A stretch of DNA of 64,000 nucleotides, taken from NCBI GenBank assembly GCA_044230125.1, contig JBGARR010000012.1:234-64233 (forward strand). Direction: 5' to 3'. The stretch's first letter is position 1; every line of letters begins with the position of its first letter. This stretch comes from Phycisphaerales bacterium (GTDB lineage: Bacteria; Planctomycetota; Phycisphaerae; Phycisphaerales; SM1A02). Under the pieces are notes generated by a model, which ran no database searches, was not told where the DNA came from, and was given only the letters and a program-made list of their open reading frames with translations. The translations under genes and the position numbers were made by a program. Shown one piece after another: positions 26,727 to 35,959 of this stretch.

Positions 26727-29159
26727 ATGCCGCAGCACCACGAAGACGATCCTGACGCCACCGAGCTCGGCGGCGCGGCAGGCAGCGGGCCAGCCGGAAG
26801 CGGTGCGCGCGCGCCTGCCCCCTTCCCATCCGATCACCCCGCCATTCCCGGCTTCGAGCTGGTGATGACGCCTCCGCTGCCCCCGTACCTGGCAGGTGGC
26901 TTCGGCCGCGTCTATCGCGCGCTCAACAGCGACTCGATCCTAGTGGCCATCAAGGTGCCCCGGCCTGAGACGGGCAGCCCGCAGGCCGCGGAGCGCTGGA
27001 CGCACGAGTGCGCCCTCTCTCGCGCCTTCCCGACGCACGAGAACGTGGTGCGCTTCTTCCCGCGCGCGCTGGCCAGGTGGCCCCACGGCGGCACCACCGA
27101 TGCGCTGGTCATGGAGTGGCTGGATGGCGCACGTGGCCTGATCCGGTACGCCGACGACGTGGGGCTGGACAAGCCCGCGCGCGTGCAGCTGCTGCTGCAA
27201 GCGGTCGAGGGAGTGGCGTGGATGCACAGCCACGGCACCCCGCACTGCGACCTGAAGTCGGACAACATGCTGGTCATCGAGCGCCTGGGCCGCCCGGTGG
27301 TCAAGGTGACGGATTTCGGGGGCACCCGTTCCGCGCAGCAGCTGGACCCGCGCGGATCGATGTACACGCGCCACCGCGCCGCTCCCGAGGTGGAAAATGG
27401 CGATCCCGCCGCCATCACGCCCCGCGCCGATGTCTATTCGCTTGCCAAGGAGTGCGCAGAGCTGATCGGCGGCCCGGCGGCGGTGCGGCGGCCGCCCGGT
27501 GCGCGCCCCGGCCCGTGGCAGCCGCAGCCGCTGCGGGACTCGCTTGGCCTTGCCGATCCAGCGCTGGACCAGATCATCGAGCATGGCACGCGGCCCGAGC
27601 CGCGCGACCGCTACGGCAGCGCCGCGGAGCTGCGTGAAGCGCTCCTGGAGTACCAGCCACCGCTGAAGGAACGCGGGACACGCTGGATCGAGGGCTGGGT
27701 CTGGCCTGCAGCGCGCACCGGCGCCGGCGGGGACGCGCGGCGCCGCGGCACCCTGCGCAGCCGCATTCCCCTGGTCTTCGCCTGCCTGGCACTGCTGGGG
27801 ACGTTGGCATCGTGGGCGCTCACCAACCAGGCGATCGCGACTGGATGCAGCCCCGCGATGGTCATGGCCCCGACGGCGCCCGCCGATCTCTCGCGCGTGC
27901 TGCTGCTGCGCGAGAAGACTCCCGACGGCATCGCGCGGCTGGCGCAGCGGCTGGGCATCGTGGGCGTCGAGGCGGACTCGCCCGCGACCAAGCGACTGGT
28001 GTGGGCGCGGATCATCCGGCGGCTGGCCGCCGAGCGGCCGGATGCCATCGCACTGGACATCGCCCTCCCGCAGCGCGCCGAGCCAGAGCTGAACAAGGTG
28101 ATTCTGGAAGCCGTGGACGCCGCAGTGCATGGCCCCGAGCGAGTTCCCGTCATCGTCAGCGTCCAGGACTATGCGCCCGGGCATCCGGAACAGCGCGCAG
28201 ACGCGCCGATGATCGCGGGGCTGGCGGAGGCGGGAGCACTCTGGGGCTGCTACAACCTGGCCGAGTTCTATCTCTGCGGGAACGCACTGCCCTTGCCCTA
28301 CCGGCAGAACGCCGAGGTTCGCCTGCCACTGTCCGTCGCCGCAGTGGCTGGGGCCCTGGGCCGGAAATCGCCACAGGGGCAGCCTCTCCGTGTGCAGGTG
28401 GACTCCCTGGAGGGGCGCGTCCGCTTCCTGGGCGGTCCCGCGCTCGGAGTCTCCTCGGGGCTCTTTCTGGTGCAGCCGGGGAGGGAGATTGGCGGCGTCC
28501 AGAAGATGGAGGGGGTCGACGAACTGGACATGGTGGGGATCTACCCCATTGGCGTGCCCAGCGACGAAGCGGTTGCGGCGATCGACCACGATGTCCTCTC
28601 CCTGGCGTCGCCCGAAGGGGCGCTGGTCCTTCCCAACGTGCGCGATCGCGTGGTGCTGCTGGCCAACTACGACGCGAAGGACTTCGTGGACCTGAGCGGC
28701 CGGCGGGTGCCCGGGTCCTGGGTGCAGGCCGCCGCGATCCAGTCGCTCCTGACAGGCATCGACGCAGTCCAGCCCACACGCTGGACCATGCTGCCGATGG
28801 GTCTCTCGCTGGCGGCCGGAATGCTGATCGCGCTGCCCCTCGCCGCCGCCTGCTGCCACTGGCTAGGCGTGCCCGTCCCATCGCTTGGCGGCCGGTGGCA
28901 GCGCAGCCGCCTGCCTGCGCGCGCGATCGTCCATCGCCTGCGGTGGATCGCGCTCTCCGTGGCGCTGCTGGCCTTCGTGCTGCCCGTGGCAGTGCACCTG
29001 GTCGGTGCCGAAATGAAGGCGACCGTGCCGTACACGGCGGGCGCGTGCGCGATCAGCGCATACCTGGGCGTGCTCATCGGCGTGGCTGTCGTCTGCGCGG
29101 GCGCGTGGGTCGGCTGCGTCCGCCGGGCGTGGTGCTTGGATCGCGCGCCGCTCTCCTGA
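26727..29159 (+). CDS. Ser/Thr protein kinase with CHASE2-like sensor and C-terminal TM helices
   Basis: Kinase motifs GGFGRVY, VAIKV, HCDLKSDNMLV, DFGGTR and APEV are all present. After a TM helix (IPLVFACLALLGTLASWAL) comes a region of about 330 aa with CHASE2-like features, followed by three C-terminal TM helices. Confidence 0.85.
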   Translation: MPQHHEDDPDATELGGAAGSGPAGSGARAPAPFPSDHPAIPGFELVMTPPLPPYLAGGFGRVYRALNSDSILVAIKVPRPETGSPQAAERWTHECALSRAFPTHENVVRFFPRALARWPHGGTTDALVMEWLDGARGLIRYADDVGLDKPARVQLLLQAVEGVAWMHSHGTPHCDLKSDNMLVIERLGRPVVKVTDFGGTRSAQQLDPRGSMYTRHRAAPEVENGDPAAITPRADVYSLAKECAELIGGPAAVRRPPGARPGPWQPQPLRDSLGLADPALDQIIEHGTRPEPRDRYGSAAELREALLEYQPPLKERGTRWIEGWVWPAARTGAGGDARRRGTLRSRIPLVFACLALLGTLASWALTNQAIATGCSPAMVMAPTAPADLSRVLLLREKTPDGIARLAQRLGIVGVEADSPATKRLVWARIIRRLAAERPDAIALDIALPQRAEPELNKVILEAVDAAVHGPERVPVIVSVQDYAPGHPEQRADAPMIAGLAEAGALWGCYNLAEFYLCGNALPLPYRQNAEVRLPLSVAAVAGALGRKSPQGQPLRVQVDSLEGRVRFLGGPALGVSSGLFLVQPGREIGGVQKMEGVDELDMVGIYPIGVPSDEAVAAIDHDVLSLASPEGALVLPNVRDRVVLLANYDAKDFVDLSGRRVPGSWVQAAAIQSLLTGIDAVQPTRWTMLPMGLSLAAGMLIALPLAAACCHWLGVPVPSLGGRWQRSRLPARAIVHRLRWIALSVALLAFVLPVAVHLVGAEMKATVPYTAGACAISAYLGVLIGVAVVCAGAWVGCVRRAWCLDRAPLS

Positions 29160-29232
29160 TTCGCATCGAACCACCGTCGAGTGCGCCAGGCGTCACAGCG
29201 CATGAGCGCGAAGTGCGTGACGCATCGCGCCC

Positions 29233-30378
29233 TTATCCCTGCCGTTCGGGAAAGACCGTCGCCAGGTCAATGCCCGGCGAGTGCCGCCGCAGGATCGGCG
29301 CCAGCACATCGCGATAGTCCGTGGTGACCGGGACATCGCCCGGCCCCAGCAGGGAGCCGGGATCCAGGCTGTCCCATCCCGCATGCACCGCGCCCGGCTT
29401 GATCAATGCTCCCGCGGGCAGCGCCTGGTCAAGCAGGAACATCGCCGAACCAGAGCCGTGATCGGTGCCGAGGCTGGTGTTCTCCTGCACGCGGCGGCCG
29501 AACTCGGTCATGCACACCACGGTGACGCGGCTGCGCGCGCCCCCAAGGTCTGTCCAGAAGGCGGCGATCCCCTCGGCCAGTTCGCTCATCAATGCAGAGA
29601 TCGCCTGCGCCTGGATGAAGTGGGTGTCCCACCCCAGTCCGCCCCCCACCATGTCGATGGTGGTGGCCACCATGCCAAGGTCCGCCTTCACCAGCCGCGC
29701 GATCTCGCGCATGCCGCGGCCGAAGGAGCTGTCGGGATAGCGCGCGCCAAACTCAGGCGCGCTCTTGTCCGCACGCAGCGCGCGCAGCGATCGCACCGCA
29801 TCCAGGGTGGCGCGCCCCGCGGCACCCAATGCAGTGGTGTCGCTCCCGTAGAGGCGCGCCAGCCGCTCGACCGTCGCTGCGTCCGCCTCGAAGCCAAAGT
29901 CGCGCACGGTGCGGATCACCGCCCCGCCCGGAGCGCCGCGCAGCGACTCGGGGCGCGTGGTGCCGATCGCCACCGCCGCAAGGGCCGTCTGCTGCGGGCC
30001 GCGCGCGCTCAGGTAGCGCCCCAGCCAGCCGCCGCCGCGCTCGCCGCCATGCTCCATCCGGTCCTGCGCCTCGAAGTGCGAACGCGTCGTGTCGTCGCTC
30101 CCCGCGCCATGCACGATGGCCATTTGCCCCTCGTTCACCAGCGGCAGGAACGGCGCAAGCGCCGGGTGCAGCCCGAAGCGCGCGTCCTGGCGCGCGGCGT
30201 CCAAGACCAGCGCATCCTCGGCGCGCACGCGGATCGTCGGCCGCGCGCGGTGGTACTCGTCCAGCCCGATGGCGGGCACCAGCGTCAGCCCATCGGCGCC
30301 ACCGCGCAGGAAGATGACCACCAGCGTGCGGTCGTCGCTGCGCTGCGGGTCCAGCAGGTCGTGACGGGTGATGTGCAT
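29233..30378 (-). CDS. DUF1501 family (sulfatase/phosphatase-like fold) protein
   Basis: ORF 29233..30714 trimmed to the ATG at 30378. LVVIFLRGGADGL and TEFGRRVQENTSLGTDHGSGSAMFLLD are typical DUF1501 motifs. It lies directly downstream of the DUF1800 gene. Confidence 0.85.
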   Translation of the reverse strand: MHITRHDLLDPQRSDDRTLVVIFLRGGADGLTLVPAIGLDEYHRARPTIRVRAEDALVLDAARQDARFGLHPALAPFLPLVNEGQMAIVHGAGSDDTTRSHFEAQDRMEHGGERGGGWLGRYLSARGPQQTALAAVAIGTTRPESLRGAPGGAVIRTVRDFGFEADAATVERLARLYGSDTTALGAAGRATLDAVRSLRALRADKSAPEFGARYPDSSFGRGMREIARLVKADLGMVATTIDMVGGGLGWDTHFIQAQAISALMSELAEGIAAFWTDLGGARSRVTVVCMTEFGRRVQENTSLGTDHGSGSAMFLLDQALPAGALIKPGAVHAGWDSLDPGSLLGPGDVPVTTDYRDVLAPILRRHSPGIDLATVFPERQG

Positions 30379-30389
30379 CGTTGGTGCGT

Positions 30390-31853
30390 TCAGTGCCACT
30401 GGAATGCAGGCGCCGCCAGCGCCAGCGCGATGGCCCCGTCGCCGTCGCCGATGGCTTCGCGCTCCACCTCGGTGGGCAGACGCCCGAGAAGGTGCGCGAT
30501 GAGCGCCGCCTCGCCGCCGAAGCGCTCGCGCAACGCCGCCGCGTCGATGCGCGTGCCGGGCACGCCGCCCCGCACCATCTCCATCGCCAGCGTCCAGCGC
30601 CACAGCAGCGTGCCCAGCCACGGCGCCGATTCGGCGGGATACCCCTTGGGAGTGGGGCACTGAAAGGGCGCGTGGCCCATGCGCTCCAGGTGCTCCACCA
30701 GCGCGGGGCCGCAATCGCTCCGGGCGTCCAGCGCGCGCATCGCCGAGACCACGAAATGCATCGGCCGCTTCAGCAACGTGCCACGCGCCTCCTGGAAGTG
30801 CGCTGAGTCAAAGAGCGCGCCGAGCGCGGGCCTGAGCGCGCCGTCGTTGGCACGCAGCGCCTCCGCCACCAGCGCCACGGCCTGCTCCGGCGCAGGGTCC
30901 GCCACGAAGGTGCGGCAGAGCCGGCGCGCCACGTGCCGCGCCGTCGCAGGGTGCGCGCAGGTGATCTCGAGCACGCGCTCCAGGTCGTCGGCGCCGCCCC
31001 CCGCCGGAATCTTCACTCCCAGCAGCTCCTTCGCGCCGCCATCGTGCCGCGCGCCGTCGAATGCCACCCGTGCGGTGAAGAACTTCCGCCAGTCATGCGT
31101 GAAGGTCCAGCCGCTCAGGCAGCGCGCCGTTTCCATCACGTCGCGCTGCGTGTAGCCGCCATCGACGCCCAGCGTGTGCAGCTCCAGCAGTTCGCGTGCG
31201 TGGTTCTCGTTGGGGTGATCGTCAGGATGCATCACCCGGTTGTCCAGGCCGTCCAGCGAGATGAGCATCGCCGGGCTGGTCAGGCTGGCGCGCACCAGGT
31301 CGCGGAAGCGGCCCATCGCGTGCGGGCGGATCGTTTCGCGATCGTCGGCGATCTTCATCCACCGGCACTCCCCCTTGGCGAAGCCGATGTTGAAGTGGTC
31401 GGTCCACACCTCGACCATCAGCTCCTCCAGCTGCCGGTGCGAATGCAGCGCGCGCAGCAGCCGTGCGCGCGAGAGGTCCTGCACCAGCTGCTCGGGCGAC
31501 ACCTCGTACAGCTCGCCGCGTGGTATTTGCAGCGACTCGATCTCGTCCACGCGCCACTGGCAGCGGCGGTCGTCGATGGATTCGGGTTCCAGCTGCTGGC
31601 GCACGAAGGCGGCGGCCCCCATCTCCTCGATGCGCGCCCGGTCGCCGGGGCGCGCGCCCCAGGTCAGGCGGTTCATCAGGTGCGCGGTGGCGTCGATCTC
31701 ACCGCTGGCAGGCGGGCGCGCGGGCGCCACGGTTTCGGGGGCAAGCAGCGCGCCCAGCCGCTCGCTGGCTTCGTCGCAGCCGGCCAGTCCGATCGACAGC
31801 CCGGCGAGGCCCAGCCCGCCCATCCGCAGGACGAAGTCACGACGGGAGTGCAT
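30390..31853 (-). CDS. DUF1800 family protein with Tat-type signal and lipobox
   Basis: ORF 30390..31886; the likely start is the ATG at 31853. MHSRRDFVLRMGGLGLAGLSIGLAGC carries a twin-arginine motif and LAGC. DUF1800-like HTLGVDGGYTQ is present. The DUF1800/DUF1501 pairing is classic in Planctomycetota. Confidence 0.85.
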   Translation of the reverse strand: MHSRRDFVLRMGGLGLAGLSIGLAGCDEASERLGALLAPETVAPARPPASGEIDATAHLMNRLTWGARPGDRARIEEMGAAAFVRQQLEPESIDDRRCQWRVDEIESLQIPRGELYEVSPEQLVQDLSRARLLRALHSHRQLEELMVEVWTDHFNIGFAKGECRWMKIADDRETIRPHAMGRFRDLVRASLTSPAMLISLDGLDNRVMHPDDHPNENHARELLELHTLGVDGGYTQRDVMETARCLSGWTFTHDWRKFFTARVAFDGARHDGGAKELLGVKIPAGGGADDLERVLEITCAHPATARHVARRLCRTFVADPAPEQAVALVAEALRANDGALRPALGALFDSAHFQEARGTLLKRPMHFVVSAMRALDARSDCGPALVEHLERMGHAPFQCPTPKGYPAESAPWLGTLLWRWTLAMEMVRGGVPGTRIDAAALRERFGGEAALIAHLLGRLPTEVEREAIGDGDGAIALALAAPAFQWH

Positions 31854-32355
31854 CGCAGGATTCCGTCGCCACAGGGGGGAGCGCACCCGGCGCCGCCGCA
31901 GGATCCCGGCGCATCCCGACGATGAGGCATCCGACGCCGGTGGACAGCGTCAGGGGCAGCATGAAGAGCCAGCCGATGAGCGGCAGCACCCACGTCAGCG
32001 CCAGCACGGTTCCGCCGCGCGCCACGCGCCGCCAATCGTCGCCCATCTGCCCGACGTGCCGCGCCACCGCCGCGCCGCCGATCAGCCCCGCCAGGATCCA
32101 CGTCAGCCCGATGATGGCGCCGATCCCCGCGGTCGGCCCGCCCAGCTGCATCAGCACCAGCGAGCCCACCACGAAGGGCACGCTCGCCGCGACGCCGATC
32201 AGGATGGTTCGCCAGGGCCGCGCCGCCAGCCGTGCCGCGCCGCGCTGCGTCAGCGCGGGCAGCATCGCCGCACCCACCACGAAATAGGCCACGGCCGCCA
32301 GGATGACCCCGACGTGAATGAAGACCGTCGTCCAAACATGTGCCGTCGTCATCAT
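31837..32355 (-). CDS. polytopic membrane protein, function unknown
   Basis: 172-aa ORF with 4-5 hydrophobic helices (VWTTVFIHVGVILAAVAYFVVGAAML, ILIGVAASVPFVVGSLVLM, IGAIIGLTWILAGLIGGAAV, LALTWVLPLIGWLFMLPLTL). Its 3' end overlaps the DUF1800 start by 17 nt. Confidence 0.65.
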   Translation of the reverse strand: MMTTAHVWTTVFIHVGVILAAVAYFVVGAAMLPALTQRGAARLAARPWRTILIGVAASVPFVVGSLVLMQLGGPTAGIGAIIGLTWILAGLIGGAAVARHVGQMGDDWRRVARGGTVLALTWVLPLIGWLFMLPLTLSTGVGCLIVGMRRDPAAAPGALPPVATESCDALPS

Positions 32356-32487
32356 GCCGATTCACCCCTGCCGGAGTTCCGGCGTTGCGATCGCACTTCA
32401 CTGTACCCCGCTGCGCGCGTGGTGCCCGCGGAATTGCGGTACGCGGCGCCGGGGCCGGCGACGAGCCGCTGCTAGCATCCCACGCCA

Positions 32488-34002
32488 ATGAAGCCGCCCG
32501 GCGACCGATCCCCCAAAGCCCCCGGAGGCGCCGCGCCGGGCCGCCGGGCCAGCCGTGTGCAGCGCCTGCGCGGGCTCCTGGATGCACAGCAGCACGAGCT
32601 GGTGCGGGCGGAGGTTGAGCCGCTGCTGCGCATCGACCCCCGTGACCCAGACCTGATCGCACTGGCCGCCAAGGCGAACCTGGGCCTCAGCCGCTACGCA
32701 CAGGCGCTGGCGGTCTGCGCGCGCGCCGCTGCGTCGGGCATGAATGATGAGCTGGTCTTCCTGCGCGGCGAAGCCTTCCGGGGGCTCAGCCGGACCGACG
32801 AGGCGCTGGCCGATTTTGCGCTTGCCGCCCGGATGAACCCGCAGATGCTGGACGCCCGCCTGAGCGCGGTCGCGGCGCTGGAGGAGGCGGGGCGGACCGC
32901 CGAGTCACGCGCGGCGCTCGATGCGGCCGTCGCCGTGCTGAAGTCCGCCGGCAAGCCGCCGACGCCGAAATGCAACTTCGAGCACGCCAAGCTGCTCATT
33001 CACGAGCGAAAGTTCACCGAGGCGATCGCCGCCATCGACGACCTGCTGCGCGTGATCCCGCGGGGCTTCAAGCAGCGCCGCATGACGCTGCACCTGCGCG
33101 TGAAGGCCTGCGACCGCGCCGGGGACTACTCGGGCGCATGGGAGACCGCGCAGCTGGCCCTGGCGGAGGAGCGCGGTACCTTCGACCCCGCCGCATACTC
33201 CCGTGCCACCGACGCGATGATCGCCTATTGGACTCGCGAGCGCCTGCGCAACGCCGCGCGCTCCCAGGAGCTCGACCCCACGCCGGTCTTCATCGCGGGC
33301 ATGCCACGCAGCGGCACGACCCTGCTTGAACAGATCATCGCGGCGCATCCCCTTGGTGAGGGCGTCGGCGAGTTTCACATCATCGAGCCCTTCGCCGCCG
33401 AGGCGGACGCCGCGCTGGTGTTCGCAGACCCGGCTTCAGGCGCCGGGCGTGCCTTCGGCGAACGGCGCTATTCGCAGATGGCGCGCGAGTACCTGGCCGA
33501 GATCCGCGCCCGACATCCGGGCGCCAGCCGCATCGCCAACAAGTCGCTGCTGAACGACCGCATGGCGGGGCACCTGTCGCTGCTCTTCCCGTCGACGCGC
33601 ATCGTGCACATCCAGCGCGACCCGCGCGATGTCGCCATCTCCTGCGTGCTTGGCGGCTTCGACATGACGCGCAAACCGTGGACTTCGCGGCCCGAGTGGG
33701 CTGCGCACGCCTGGTCGGAATCAGAGCGGCTCATGCAGCACTGGAAGTCGGTGCTGGACGCCCCGGTCCTCCACCTGAAGTACGAAGACCTGGTGCACGC
33801 CGGTGCACCCGCCCTCCGTTCCGTGATCGAGTTCGTCGGCCTGCCGTGGGACGAGGCGGTCACCAGCTTCCACGCGGTGCGGCGCACCGTGCGCACGCTC
33901 AGCTACGACCAGGTGAACCAGCCCCTCTACACCACCGCTGTCGGACGCTGGAAGAACTACGAAGCGCAGCTGGCGGGCATGGCGTGGCCGGCGTACCGCT
34001 GA
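32488..34002 (+). CDS. TPR-repeat protein fused to a PAPS-dependent sulfotransferase domain
   Basis: The N-terminal half is TPR-like. FIAGMPRSGTTLLEQII is the 5'-PSB motif of sulfotransferases, and RIVHIQRDPRDVAIS is 3'-PB-like. Confidence 0.8.
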   Translation: MKPPGDRSPKAPGGAAPGRRASRVQRLRGLLDAQQHELVRAEVEPLLRIDPRDPDLIALAAKANLGLSRYAQALAVCARAAASGMNDELVFLRGEAFRGLSRTDEALADFALAARMNPQMLDARLSAVAALEEAGRTAESRAALDAAVAVLKSAGKPPTPKCNFEHAKLLIHERKFTEAIAAIDDLLRVIPRGFKQRRMTLHLRVKACDRAGDYSGAWETAQLALAEERGTFDPAAYSRATDAMIAYWTRERLRNAARSQELDPTPVFIAGMPRSGTTLLEQIIAAHPLGEGVGEFHIIEPFAAEADAALVFADPASGAGRAFGERRYSQMAREYLAEIRARHPGASRIANKSLLNDRMAGHLSLLFPSTRIVHIQRDPRDVAISCVLGGFDMTRKPWTSRPEWAAHAWSESERLMQHWKSVLDAPVLHLKYEDLVHAGAPALRSVIEFVGLPWDEAVTSFHAVRRTVRTLSYDQVNQPLYTTAVGRWKNYEAQLAGMAWPAYR

Positions 34003-34023
34003 ACTGCGCCTGCCCGCGCGCCT

Positions 34024-34209
34024 TCAGTTGAACTGGTGCTTGATGAGCAGGAAGGCCACCAGCACGCCGCCCAGCAGCAGCATGGCCCGGGCGCGCGTGA
34101 TGCCGCGCGGTGCGCGAACCGCGCCCTTGCCTGCCTGCGCATGCCAGCTCCAGGCAAGCAAGGGCGAGAACATGACCAGCAACACCAGGCCGATGGCTCC
34201 GTAGGTCAA
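34024..34209 (-). CDS. candidate 61-aa two-TM small membrane protein
   Basis: A TTG at 34209 is preceded by AGGAGG (34217-34222 on +, read on -) with a 7-nt spacer. The product LTYGAIGLVLLVMFSPLLAWSW-(basic loop)-MLLLGGVLVAFLLIKHQFN has two hydrophobic helices. It starts 35 nt after the stop of the Cys-rich gene. It is short, so coding status is uncertain. Confidence 0.35.
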   Translation of the reverse strand: MTYGAIGLVLLVMFSPLLAWSWHAQAGKGAVRAPRGITRARAMLLLGGVLVAFLLIKHQFN

Positions 34210-34243
34210 GTGCGCGCCTCCTGCTGGGCGCAGCGTACCGGCT

Positions 34244-35113
34244 TCACCAGCATTCCCACGCACAGCGCGCGGCGATGTCGGTGCACATGGCCAGGTATCC
34301 CGCGATGCAGGCGCCCGCGACGGCCAGTGCGGCCGGTCCCAGGATCGCCAGGCACGCTTGGACGCACGGAGGCACTCCCAGGCAGTCCAGCAAGCAGTGG
34401 CCAATGCCGACGGTGACGCCGTAACCCAACCCGGAGAAGCAGTCGACCATCGTCTGCAGCGCCGCGGGGTGCGCCTGTCCGAAGCACGTGCTGACGCAGT
34501 TCCAGTACGCGGCCCAGGTGCCGCCCGTCGGGGGCGAGAGCGTCGACGGCGGCGCGGGCGCCTGCCCGGGGGCGGGCAGCGCGGAGTAGAAGCTGGCCGC
34601 CGAATTGGCCGCAACGATGGCCTCGGGAAGCGTGTCCGTCTTTCCGCAGAGGCGGATGCGCGCCACCTGGTGCGTGGCGACACCGACGGAGCCCTTGGTC
34701 TTGACCAGCGCGAAGGAACGTATGCCCCATGCAAATCCCACCGTGTTGCTGGTGGTGGTGAACTGCACCGCCACCGCCGATCGACGCGTCTCGAGGTGCA
34801 CGCCCAGGCTTCCCGAGGCGTCCTCGACCGTGGCATCGGAGACGCTGGTCCCCCATGGGCCGGTGATCTCGCTGTTCCACATCACCACCTCGGCCCCGAT
34901 GCCGCCCACGTTCTGGGCGTTGGCGCTGGTCAGCACGTCGACTGATCCGGAACTGACCTCTGGGTCGACCTGCATGACCGGCATCGCGCCGTTGCTGCCG
35001 CCGGTTGGCTGACCCCAGTTCCCGGGCGGCGCGGCGAGGGCCACATGCGCCGAGAGGAGGCTTCCGATCATTGCGGCGACCAGCATTGGCCGAACGTGTG
35101 CTGACTTGAACAT
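34244..35113 (-). CDS. secreted protein with Cys-rich, partly hydrophobic C-terminal module
   Basis: ORF 34244..35323 trimmed to the ATG at 35113. Signal peptide MFKSAHVRPMLVAAMIGSLLSAHVALA. The last ~90 aa contain 11 Cys and a hydrophobic stretch (NCVSTC...DCF...HCLLDCLGVPPCVQACLAILGPAALAVAGACIAGYLAMC...RCAWECW). Third-position GC is high in this frame. Confidence 0.7.
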   Translation of the reverse strand: MFKSAHVRPMLVAAMIGSLLSAHVALAAPPGNWGQPTGGSNGAMPVMQVDPEVSSGSVDVLTSANAQNVGGIGAEVVMWNSEITGPWGTSVSDATVEDASGSLGVHLETRRSAVAVQFTTTSNTVGFAWGIRSFALVKTKGSVGVATHQVARIRLCGKTDTLPEAIVAANSAASFYSALPAPGQAPAPPSTLSPPTGGTWAAYWNCVSTCFGQAHPAALQTMVDCFSGLGYGVTVGIGHCLLDCLGVPPCVQACLAILGPAALAVAGACIAGYLAMCTDIAARCAWECW

Positions 35114-35272
35114 GAGGAGCTCCTGCGCGGGATTGGGGTGCCTGGCGCACCGCCCGCCAGCCACGCGCGTGGCTGCTGCGCGGGGCTGGTGGCGCTGGCG
35201 CGTGACAGTGAAGTTCGAATACACCCCGGGTGATGTCGAGCTCCGGCGCCCGATATCCGGCGTGCGCGGACG

Positions 35273-35312
35273 GAAAAAGCGCGACGCCCGCGCATGATGC
35301 GCGGGCGTCGCG
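35273..35312 (-). terminator. rho-independent terminator of the PEP-CTERM gene 35339..35959
   Basis: A 15-bp perfect stem (35280-35294 / 35298-35312) with a 3-nt loop. On the minus strand it is followed by CTTTTTCC (the complement of 35272-35279). Confidence 0.7.
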
Positions 35313-35338
35313 GGAGATTGCATGCGTTGCCGAGCCGA

Positions 35339-35959
35339 TCAGCGGCGACGACGACCCATCAGGCCGGCGAGACCGATCAGCGCGATGGCGCCGGGAGCCG
35401 GGACCTTGTCACCCTCGAGGGAGAAGGCCATGTCGCTGGCGGTGCCGAAGGCGCCGTTGGAAACCACGCCGGTGCCGACGCCGAAGCCACCACCCGGATT
35501 CTGGTAGAGGCCGGTGCTGCCGTTCGTGGAGCTGGAAGTGCCCCAGTACCACTGGCCGCCGCCCGCGAAGGGACGCTCGACTTCAGCGGAGACCCAGTAG
35601 GTGCCCGCGCCGAGGGTGATGCCCGTCAGGTTGAAGACCAGGTCGTTGCCAACCTGCACGCCCGAGACCATCGTGCCCGTGTGCCAGCCGGCGGTGGTGC
35701 CGATCCAGGCGCTGACGGCGACATTGAAGGCCGAGTTGCCGTTGTCGACGCCGTAGATGGTCAGCGAGGTCAGGTCCCAGGTCGAGTTGAGGGTGAAGTC
35801 ATCGAAGCACGTCCCGGAATAGGCCGTGTAGTCGGTGAAGTTCTGGGAGGTGTAGCCATTGCCGGTGTCATTGGGCTGGTTGACAATGACGGTGGCGTTC
35901 GCGCAGGCAGCGATGCCCGCAACGAGGCCGACGGACGCGATCAGGAGGGTGCTCTTCAT
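35339..35959 (-). CDS. PEP-CTERM-tagged secreted protein, function unknown
   Basis: ORF 35339..36133 trimmed to the ATG at 35959. Signal peptide MKSTLLIASVGLVAGIAACANA. The C-terminus reads VPAPGAIALIGLAGLMGRRRR. Confidence 0.8.
   Translation of the reverse strand: MKSTLLIASVGLVAGIAACANATVIVNQPNDTGNGYTSQNFTDYTAYSGTCFDDFTLNSTWDLTSLTIYGVDNGNSAFNVAVSAWIGTTAGWHTGTMVSGVQVGNDLVFNLTGITLGAGTYWVSAEVERPFAGGGQWYWGTSSSTNGSTGLYQNPGGGFGVGTGVVSNGAFGTASDMAFSLEGDKVPAPGAIALIGLAGLMGRRRR

Noticed and set aside
26940-28859. 639-aa minus-strand ORF antisense to the CHASE2 kinase.
   Set aside because: It has shadow-frame composition and no motifs, while the opposite frame has complete kinase signatures.
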